From a virus (lineage: Duplodnaviria; Caudoviricetes), in IMG/VR virus record IMGVR_UViG_3300029998_000597: 64,000 nt of DNA; one strand, 5' to 3'. The position numbers and the translations under genes are program-made. Positions 45,214 to 54,600 of this stretch are shown piece after piece. Numbering within the stretch: the stretch's first letter is position 1; the number at the start of each line of letters is the position of its first letter. The notes beneath the pieces were generated by a model that was not told where the DNA came from, ran no database searches, and saw nothing but the letters and a program-made list of their open reading frames with translations.

Positions 45214-47700
45214 ATGGCAGATCCAGCATTAACCCAAAGAGATATAAATAAATTAATCGATACACTTGATAAGATTAACAATACATTAGGTAAAGTTAAT
45301 TCTAATAGTGGTAAAGGGGGTACTGCACCTAAATCAGAAGTTAATTCTGAGCAACTAATGAGTAAAATGCTCACAAAAAAACTAAAAGATAACAAGGCTT
45401 ATTTAGATATTATATCAAAAATAGAAAAAATTTCTCAATCAAATTTAAAATTGGGATCTGAAAACGAAAAATTAGATAAACAAAAATTAATTTATATTAA
45501 AAAGCAAGAGGAGTTAGAAAAGCTTCGTAATGCCAATACTACGTCTATGAAAAAAGCACAAGAAGTGGCTCATAGAAAAATGTTAAAAACTGCTTCGGAT
45601 GATTATAAAAGAGAAGCCGATAAATATAAATTATTAGAAAAAGAAATAAAATTAGAAGAAGAAAAAGCACGAATAATTAAAGATGCTGGTATAGACGAAT
45701 CAAAAGCTATAAAAAAAGAAGAGGATAGAGAAACAAGTAGACGAAAAAGAAAAGAAGCTTTCGATAATACAACAAAAGCTACAGAAAAATATTTATTAAA
45801 ACAAGCTGGTGCTGCGTTGAATATAATGTTAGATGCTGATAGTGCAATTAGTAAAATGTCAGCTAATTATGGACTTTCTAAAAATGAATCTGGTGAATTA
45901 AAGAAAAATATTGGTGAAATTGCTTGGAAAACACAATTAATTGGTATTGGTACGGCTGATTTAGTTAAAATGCAAACATCCTATACTGATCAGATGGGTA
46001 GATCTGTTATGTTAGGTAAAGAAAATTTAGTATCAATGGCTGATACATCCGTGGCTTTAGGTTTAGGGGTGGAAGCGACTGGTCAAATGGCAGCAGATAT
46101 GAACCTATTTGGTTCTGGTGTTGCTGATAGTATGGAAACACTTCACCAATTATCGGATTTATCAAAACAATCTGGTGTTTCATCAACAATTGCAGCTAAA
46201 AAATTTGAAGGGAATTTAAAGCTTGCAAATACTTATAATTTTAAGAATGGTATTGATGGTGTAAAGGAAATGTCTGTTTACGCTACAAAGATGGGTATTA
46301 AAATGGAATCGGTAGCTTCGTTTGCTGATAAAATTTCATCTCCAGAAGGAGCTTTACAGACAGCAGCTTCACTACAAGTTCTTGGTGGTGGATTCGCATC
46401 TATGGCAGATCCAATGAAATTAATGAATCAGGGTATAACTGATATGGAAGGCTTAACACAAACATACTCAAAAATGTTAGATGGTGTTATTTCTATTGAT
46501 AAAACTACTGGTAAATTAAATGAAAATGGGTATGAAAAAATACGTATAAAAGCGGCTGCTGAAGCTGCTGGTATTTCTTTTGATGACATGATGACAGCTG
46601 CAAGAACAAAGGCTCAACGAACAGCAATAACACATGATGTTTCTTTAAATACAAATATTAAAACAGACGAACAAAAAGATTTATTAACTTCTCTCGCTAC
46701 ATTTGATAATAAAAATGGTGGCTATACTGTAAATGTCAATGGAACTCAAAAATCAATTACTAAATTAGACGCAAAAGATTTACAATCAATAAAACCCGAT
46801 AAAGTTCAAATACGAGATATAGCAGAAAATACATTAGGAATAAAAGAAATATTAGATAATGGACTAAAAGCTCTTTTAACTGCTATTGTTGGTCCATTAT
46901 TAACTGCGGTTAATACTGTTGCTAAATATATATTACAAGCATTTCATTTTTTAATGCCAACCGTTGAAAATGGGGCTAAAGGTATTTCAAATGTAGCGAA
47001 TTCCTCAATGGGAGGAAAAGTTCTTGGTGATATTGGACAGGTTGGTGGAAAAGTGATGGCAACAAATGGGCTAAAAAGTTTAACTAAGGCTGGTTTAGGA
47101 ATGGGATTGAGAGCTATTCCATACGTTGGAGGTGCTATTGATGCTGGTTTTGCGGTTAATGACCTGATACACGGTAATTATCGTAGTGCTGGTATGAATG
47201 CTGCAGCTGCAGGTGCTAATTTTATCCCAGGTGTTGGTCCTGCTATTGGGTTAGGAATAAATGCAGCAAATGCTGGTATGGATATTTATGGTGCAACTCA
47301 CCCTGATTCAGCACAAGATTTATTAATACCTTCTGGTGGTGGAAGACCTATAAAATTAAATACTAAAGATGATGTATATGCTATGAAACCTGGCGGTGCT
47401 ATTGAACAGTCTATAATGCCTCGTAATGATAGTTCTCATATTTTTAGTGGAGTTTCCCCATCTCATAATAATAATTCCAACAGTGGGGCTTATAATAATG
47501 GAAATGGAAATCATAAAGTTGATATTGGTGGTGCAATTACTTTAAATATGTCTGGTGGTGCATCAGCTAAAATAGATGTAAATGAATTAATGAAAAATCC
47601 TGCTTTTTTAAGGGGGTTGGCAAGAAAGATAGGACAAAGTCTTAATAAAGATGAAAATGGTGGTGGCTATAATGGATCATTTGGACCAGACTCATATTAA
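45214..47700 (+). CDS. Tape measure protein
   Basis: Long helical A/K/E-rich protein after gp26/gp51-like genes; G/A-rich region; C-terminal LN.KD.VYAMKPGG motif. Confidence 0.78.
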   Translation: MADPALTQRDINKLIDTLDKINNTLGKVNSNSGKGGTAPKSEVNSEQLMSKMLTKKLKDNKAYLDIISKIEKISQSNLKLGSENEKLDKQKLIYIKKQEELEKLRNANTTSMKKAQEVAHRKMLKTASDDYKREADKYKLLEKEIKLEEEKARIIKDAGIDESKAIKKEEDRETSRRKRKEAFDNTTKATEKYLLKQAGAALNIMLDADSAISKMSANYGLSKNESGELKKNIGEIAWKTQLIGIGTADLVKMQTSYTDQMGRSVMLGKENLVSMADTSVALGLGVEATGQMAADMNLFGSGVADSMETLHQLSDLSKQSGVSSTIAAKKFEGNLKLANTYNFKNGIDGVKEMSVYATKMGIKMESVASFADKISSPEGALQTAASLQVLGGGFASMADPMKLMNQGITDMEGLTQTYSKMLDGVISIDKTTGKLNENGYEKIRIKAAAEAAGISFDDMMTAARTKAQRTAITHDVSLNTNIKTDEQKDLLTSLATFDNKNGGYTVNVNGTQKSITKLDAKDLQSIKPDKVQIRDIAENTLGIKEILDNGLKALLTAIVGPLLTAVNTVAKYILQAFHFLMPTVENGAKGISNVANSSMGGKVLGDIGQVGGKVMATNGLKSLTKAGLGMGLRAIPYVGGAIDAGFAVNDLIHGNYRSAGMNAAAAGANFIPGVGPAIGLGINAANAGMDIYGATHPDSAQDLLIPSGGGRPIKLNTKDDVYAMKPGGAIEQSIMPRNDSSHIFSGVSPSHNNNSNSGAYNNGNGNHKVDIGGAITLNMSGGASAKIDVNELMKNPAFLRGLARKIGQSLNKDENGGGYNGSFGPDSY

Positions 47701-47789
47701 ATTGTTCAATAAATTAAGGTGTTCATTGGCAATGAACATTTAACTATATTGAACAAAATATTTATCCAAAATAAGTTGTTTATTTAAAA

Positions 47790-48060
47790 TATTATTAGTA
47801 GAATCGCGCGCGCCTGTTCCGTAATGTAAAATCTTAAGAACATATGTTTAAACATTTTTCATTTAAACGATTGATAAAAATAAAATTTTAAAAAGAAAAA
47901 CAAATTTTTCTAACATATGTTTTAAACAATTGTTTAAACATATTTTAAAAAATATGTTAGAAAATAAAATTTTAAAAGAAAAACATTTGTTTAAAACATA
48001 CGTTATGAAAATATGTTAGAATTTTTTGAAAATGTTTAAATAGTAAAAATATTAAAAATT
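47790..48060. repeat. AT-rich non-coding region with palindromes and direct/inverted repeats
   Basis: CGCGCGCGC (47805-13); AACATATGTT x2; TGTTTAAACA x2; 18-bp palindrome TTTAAACAATTGTTTAAA (47921-38); ATATGTTAGAA x2 and its inverse. Confidence 0.7.
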
Positions 48061-48217
48061 ACAATAGTTAAAAACGTTTGGCTTTCAGCCTTATTTCCAT
48101 TCGTTTATTTTTTTTAAATTTTTATTGTTGTTTTTACAAATGTTATTCAAATTCCAACAAAAAAATTATTTCAAGGTATTTATCATCAAAGGAATATTTT
48201 AATTAAATAAAATCAAT

Positions 48218-51200
48218 ATGTTAGGTAAAGATATCAATAGCGTTTCACCAAAATTAAGAGATAATTTACTTATGCAGACAATAGGTAAATATCCAATGGT
48301 TACAGTTCCATTAATTAATCCAATAGGTACATCTGTTGATATATATAATTCTGTTCCTATATTAAAAAGCTATATTGCTCCTGATGGATTATTAACACAT
48401 ACCAACAATACAATCAACAATGATTTTTATTCTGAATATAGAAATTTAGATTCTAATGTAGTTGAATATATAAAAACAAAAAACATATATACCAAGGATA
48501 ATACTTATTTAGATAAAACATCGAAAAGCATTGCTCAACAATCAGCCAATGCAGTTTTAGGATATTTATTTGGGGATACTGTAGGAGTAAGTATTACTGG
48601 AAATAATACTTTTAATATAAGTTCAAGCTATGAGATAGGTAATACATTAGCGGGAATGGCCGCAGGTGTTGCATTAGGCACAGAAAGCAAATTAGGCACC
48701 ATAGCTCTACGTTCTCTTGGTTTGACATTAGCTAATTCAGTTCTCAATAAAACACGTCAAAATGAGGATTTATTTGGTTGGATAAAACAACCGTTGAGTT
48801 ATTTAGATGCGGTTGATAAGTTGGATACTGAAAAGTTGAATTTATCAAGTGGATTATCAAATATAATTGGTGGATACTTTCCAATATATCTTTATTCTGA
48901 AATAAAAAAAGATGGTGGTGATGATTTTAATATTTATAAAAATGATTATACTTGGACTAATTTTTCAAGTGGAAAATATGCTTTTAATATAAATCATCCA
49001 GGATCGATAATTGATACGAGTAATATTATCACAAATAAGCAGTCTCTATTATATAAAACCCAACAAATGTTTATTAGTGGAAAGATAAAAACACTTGTTA
49101 CTGATTATGAAAGAAATGATGGTGAAATTGGTACAATTACTAAAGGTAGAGCATTAAAAAATAAAGATGGCATTAATTATAGTAGAATTTGGACTGCAAA
49201 TAACCAATATAATAATATAAAAAATTTAATAAGACCTTTTAATTCCGATACTGAAAATACACAAATATTAGAAAAAGATTTAAAACGTGTAAGGCCAGGG
49301 GCTAACGCATTAAAAACTTTTGGTGTTTTACAAGATGATGGATTTGTTAAAATATCACCTTATAAGGATTTCAATTCAAAGACAGACGTCCATAAATATA
49401 TGTTATCTATTGAAAATTTAGCTTGGAAACAAAAGTCAGGATTTTTAGATACATTGATTCAAGGTAGTTCACAGGATGGTCCTAATGGTGGTAGAATTAT
49501 GTGGTTTCCACCTTATGATATTAAATTCACGGATCAATCAAGTACATCGTGGAATTCTGATAACTTTATTGGTAGAGGAGAGCCAGTATATACATATTTA
49601 AACAATGAAAGAAGTGGAACTCTTAGTTTTAAATTAATTGTTGACCATCCAAGTATTCTTAATTACTATAAACAAAAAGACCCAAGCGGTATTAATATTA
49701 AAGATGATGATTATCTTAGATTTATTGCTGGTGTAGATGTTATTGATTTAGAAAATGATATAAAGGTAGAAAATACAACACCAATACCTGTAACTCCAGT
49801 AAAAGAAACAAAAACAAATACATTTACTTTTAAAATATATTTCCCAAATAATTTTAGTGGTATTGATTACACAGATCCACGAGATGTTATGAATTATTTA
49901 TATAGTGGAAATGGGTGTAATTGGTCGGGTGGAAATGGATATGAAATTTTCACTGGTGATTGGTATGGGTTAAGTTCAGAAACTGAGTCACCTTGCCAGA
50001 ATAATAAATATTATTATAAAGTTGACTCGGCATATGAAAATCAAGGTTTAACACCATTAACAAATTATAAAGATATTAATGCTAATGGTTTGAATTCTAA
50101 AAAAAATGAAAATGAAACATATTCGTTTTATGATTTAATTACTACGTTTGGTAATATTGATGCAAATAATAATAGTGCTGATCAATCAATTTTAGATGTA
50201 TTAAAGACAATTACTAAAATTGAAATAAATGGTTATGCAAGTAATCAAGGAAGTAGTAGTCAAAACGTTGAATTATCAAAAAATAGAGGTAAGGTGGTTG
50301 AAAATTGGTTAAAAAAATATATTAATTTATATAATCCGAATATAAAAAAGGAAAATATAACATCTAAGGGTGTATTTAAAACAGTAAAAACAACTAATAA
50401 AGATACTAATTCATTAGAAATGAAAAAAGAAAGAGTTGTTTTGGTTAGATTAACAACGAGTTCAGAAACAGTTTTTAATGCACCAGATAAAACATCATAT
50501 TCATCAATAAAAGATATTATTTCAGCTAAACCCCAATCATCAACGACCACTCGTAAAAAGGTGGATATGTACGGATATTCAGCCAGCAATCCTTCTAATG
50601 GTAGTAATTCAAAATTATATAATGATGAAGCTCAATTTTTTGAAAAATTAGGTGGTGATAAGGGTGGAACTGGTGATTTTATATTAAATAAATTTAGTGA
50701 AAAAATTAAATATTTTAGTCCAGCGTTTCATAGTACTACACCTGAGGGTTTTAATTCGAGATTAACGTTTCTACAACAATGTATGAAACAAGGTAATACT
50801 GATACTAATAATAATACTACATTAGGTGCTAATTTAGCATTTGGTAGACCGCCTATTTGTGTTCTTAGAATTGGTGATTTTTATAATACAAAGGTTATTT
50901 TTGATAATTTAAATATTGATTTCGAGCCTCTTGTTTGGGATTTAAATGTAGAAGGAATAGGTGTTCAACCAATGTTAGCAAACGTTAATTTATCATTTAA
51001 ATTTATTGGTGGTTCAGATTTAACAGGCCCAATTGCAAGATTACAAAATGCAATTACATTTAATTTCTTTGCGAATACTGGTGTTTACGATGATAGGAAT
51101 GATAGATTTATAACAGATGAACAAACTGGACAGTCAACAAATAATTATTACCCATTATATAATCCAGGTGTTTATGATGATCAAAATCTAAATACAGCCC

Positions 51201-51259
51201 TATTAAGTGATATGAAAGATTCTATAATAACTGGTATAAATAATAATATTAAAATATGA
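48218..51259 (+). CDS. Large baseplate/tail-tube-initiator-like protein containing an OmpA-C-like domain
   Basis: GRIMWFPPYD..F, F.GR.EPVYTY.N.ERSG.LSF tube-like fold motifs; IEINGYAS..G....N.ELS..RG..V..WL. Confidence 0.6.
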   Translation: MLGKDINSVSPKLRDNLLMQTIGKYPMVTVPLINPIGTSVDIYNSVPILKSYIAPDGLLTHTNNTINNDFYSEYRNLDSNVVEYIKTKNIYTKDNTYLDKTSKSIAQQSANAVLGYLFGDTVGVSITGNNTFNISSSYEIGNTLAGMAAGVALGTESKLGTIALRSLGLTLANSVLNKTRQNEDLFGWIKQPLSYLDAVDKLDTEKLNLSSGLSNIIGGYFPIYLYSEIKKDGGDDFNIYKNDYTWTNFSSGKYAFNINHPGSIIDTSNIITNKQSLLYKTQQMFISGKIKTLVTDYERNDGEIGTITKGRALKNKDGINYSRIWTANNQYNNIKNLIRPFNSDTENTQILEKDLKRVRPGANALKTFGVLQDDGFVKISPYKDFNSKTDVHKYMLSIENLAWKQKSGFLDTLIQGSSQDGPNGGRIMWFPPYDIKFTDQSSTSWNSDNFIGRGEPVYTYLNNERSGTLSFKLIVDHPSILNYYKQKDPSGINIKDDDYLRFIAGVDVIDLENDIKVENTTPIPVTPVKETKTNTFTFKIYFPNNFSGIDYTDPRDVMNYLYSGNGCNWSGGNGYEIFTGDWYGLSSETESPCQNNKYYYKVDSAYENQGLTPLTNYKDINANGLNSKKNENETYSFYDLITTFGNIDANNNSADQSILDVLKTITKIEINGYASNQGSSSQNVELSKNRGKVVENWLKKYINLYNPNIKKENITSKGVFKTVKTTNKDTNSLEMKKERVVLVRLTTSSETVFNAPDKTSYSSIKDIISAKPQSSTTTRKKVDMYGYSASNPSNGSNSKLYNDEAQFFEKLGGDKGGTGDFILNKFSEKIKYFSPAFHSTTPEGFNSRLTFLQQCMKQGNTDTNNNTTLGANLAFGRPPICVLRIGDFYNTKVIFDNLNIDFEPLVWDLNVEGIGVQPMLANVNLSFKFIGGSDLTGPIARLQNAITFNFFANTGVYDDRNDRFITDEQTGQSTNNYYPLYNPGVYDDQNLNTALLSDMKDSIITGINNNIKI

Positions 51260-51573
51260 GTATAGATAGATACAAGCAATTTAGAATAAATGGAATGACA
51301 AAAAACATCCCATTTATTAAATTAAAATTTAAAACATCCGATAAAATAGAATATTATAAATTAGGTACATCACGAATGGATTTAATTTCTTATAAATACT
51401 ATCAAGACGCAAGCTATGGCTGGTTAATAATGTTAGCGAATCCAGAATATGGTGGATTAGAATTCAATATTCCAGATGGTGTTCCATTAGTAGTTCCATT
51501 TCCACTTGAAACATCGATTACTCAATATAATTTTGAAATTGATAAATATATTAGATATTATGGAATTGTATAA
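51256..51573 (+). CDS. Baseplate wedge protein, gp53/LysM-like
   Basis: RMDLISYKYY.D..YGWLIMLANP. Confidence 0.72.
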   Translation: MSIDRYKQFRINGMTKNIPFIKLKFKTSDKIEYYKLGTSRMDLISYKYYQDASYGWLIMLANPEYGGLEFNIPDGVPLVVPFPLETSITQYNFEIDKYIRYYGIV

Positions 51574-51622
51574 TTCTTTAAATAGCACAAAAATAAACTA
51601 TAATATTATTAAAACCAAATAA

Positions 51623-54600
51623 ATGTCAGATTCACCAACAATTGGAAAAGTTTTATATTTCGATCCAAACAACAGCATTGTAGATATAAATGGAAATATA
51701 AGTGATAAACCATCTGATCTAATGCAAAACCCAGAAGATCTTTGTATTGGGGTTGACTTACAGGTAACAGTTAAAAATCAGAGTAATATAACTTCAAGTG
51801 ATAAAAAAACAACTTATAATTTAATTGGTCCGAATACTAAAATAAATTTTTTAGAAGGTGAAAATTTGGGTGGCGTAAATGTACTAACTGATTTTTTTGC
51901 TAATTTAGGCGATAAGGATAATGATGTTGAAAATATTCATGAGGCAATGTGTGTTAGTTCAATTGATATTGAATTTAGTTCATGGTATGCTGCATCGGTT
52001 GTTATTAATTTTACAGATGTTAGGGGTGCGTCCCTAATGTCATCGGCTGATTATGTGGATACTTTAAAGGATAGTAATTTAAGTGTTGGTGATAAAAATC
52101 AAAGTCTATTTAAATCATTTTTTGATTTTCCATATCCAATATATATCTTAAAGATTAAAGGGTTTTATGGTGATGCCGTTTCTTATCCTCTACATTGTTC
52201 TGATTTCAAAGCAACTTTTAATGCAACAACAGGTAATTTTGATATAGTTGTTAGTTTCATTGGTTACACATACGCAATGCTAAATGATGTACAAATGTCA
52301 TATTTAATGGCTGCTCCTTATTGTAAATTTGCTGGTGCTGGTTCTGATTATTGGGATGCTCAGGTGGCTAATGGTAGATTTTTATCATCGGATGGGTCAC
52401 CATTACCCAAATTAGTTTCATTGATGAATAAAGTCAAAGAAGGTGATTATCAAATAAAAAAAATATCGCAAAATTCAGTTTCAAGCGGGTTACAAGAAAA
52501 AAAGAACGAACGAAATATGCTATTTGATATTAAGGATAATTATTTAAAACCTTATTTATCTGAAATAAAAACAACTTACAATAGTGGTATTTATGATTAC
52601 GAACTTAATTTAGTGAATATAAATTCAAAAGCAGCTACCTTAATAGATGGGACGCTAAACAATATATTAAATACACAAATAGATAATATAGATAAAAAAA
52701 TACTTGAATATAAAGAAATATTTCCAACATCGATTGTTTTTAATTCATATAGTGGTAAAAGCTGGTTAAAACCAAAAAAATCGAGCGATGGTAATTTTGA
52801 AGTTATATTTAAACCAATAGGCGTTGCAATGGTTGATTTAAATAATAAATTAACCGAACAAATAGCCGACCTAAGTAATTTATTAAACAACGAAAAAAAC
52901 AATAGTCTTACTGAGGTATATGAAATGAAACCAAATATATATAATTATTTTAAGGTGTTGGTTGCTCATATGGAAACATTTTATAATCTGATTTATATTT
53001 GCAAACATAAAATCCCTGAAGATAGACATTTTGATAAAAATATGGGTTTAAATTCAACAGATTTAAAAATTAAATATGATAAACAAGGGCAACCAATTTT
53101 ATCTCCATTTCCTTGGTATTCACAACTTGGAAAAGATGGTAGAATGGAAGATGCTTGGATTGGAGAAGTTGCGCCTAATTTATTAGAAGTTGAACTTATC
53201 GATGCGTTAATAAATGCTAAGACAGATATACAAAAAGAATTAGATAAAATAAAAGTAAATGAAGTAATAAAAGAACCTAATAATATAGACCCAAAGGCTA
53301 CTGTTACGATTGGTGAGCTTTATTATCCAATGAATGCATTTGATAATACAATTAATTTAATTGGAGGAAAAACAGAAAACCCATATAAAGATTTTAAAGA
53401 AAATGATATAAATACTATTTATGATCGCTTATTTTTAAGAACCTATATATCTAATTTATTATCTGGGGCTGCTACACATGTGGATTATAATCAAAATTTT
53501 GCATTAGCAGAATCAAGAAATATATTTGAGGAAGTTGGTGGAAATACTTTTAAATTAGAACAAATTCAAAATCAAATAAGAGTATTAGATGGTAAGACGG
53601 TTACCGATATGAGTAAATATAATAATACTTTTAGGGATAAATGGGCAAATACAGATAAATGGGTTTCAAAGTTTTTACCATTATTTGAAGATATTAATGT
53701 TAATTACACTTCTTATGGTAAACAAGTTGATTTATTAGAAAAAAGAAATAAACATTGGGTTTCGTTTGATCCAGATTATAATGGACAATTATTTAAGAAA
53801 CAAACTAATTTTTCTATTGTTGAAGGTACAGAAAACGCAAATAAAATAACAAACGATTATTATTTAAAAATTATTAATAATATTAAAAACAGTGGTCAAA
53901 ATTTTGATAAAATAATGAATAACTATTATTTTATTGATGATAAAAATGACCCAATTTCCTATAAGTATATAGGGGGTGATAGCTCAGGCACTAATATATT
54001 TAATAAAATATGTGAAGCTAAAAGACATCCACTTGATAATGTTAAGGCTAAAGAAAATTCAGTAAATACAAATGCCTTTATTGTTTACGATAAAGCTAAA
54101 ATAAATCCAAAGTTTATATATCAAGAAAGTATTAATTTTGATACTTTATATAATATTTATTTACCAGCAGGAGGAAAAATATTAAATAGTAATTCTGATA
54201 TATTTAAAAACTATCAAAAAAGTAAAGATCCTTCAGTGTCTAATAATTATTCATACCCATTTATTGGTGGATATTATTTTGATATTCCGTTTTCGCTTTT
54301 CGGTCATCCTTTCTATTATAATCAAGCTGGAACTTTTAATACATCCAATGATAAAAACTTACAAGTATCCGATTTTCATAAGGCTATATTATTTTTAAAT
54401 TCATTGAATATTAATGTAAAAGAAACTGAATCTTTATTTTTAGAAAATAAAAATAATGGGGTTTACAATTCAAGTAATTATTTAAATAGAGCTTCATTTA
54501 TGGCTCGTTTACCAAAAGCTTCTATATTATTAATAGGTGGAATGCTTTGGCAATTTAATAATTCATTTCCTTTTAAAGGATTAAAAGGTATTAAATTACC

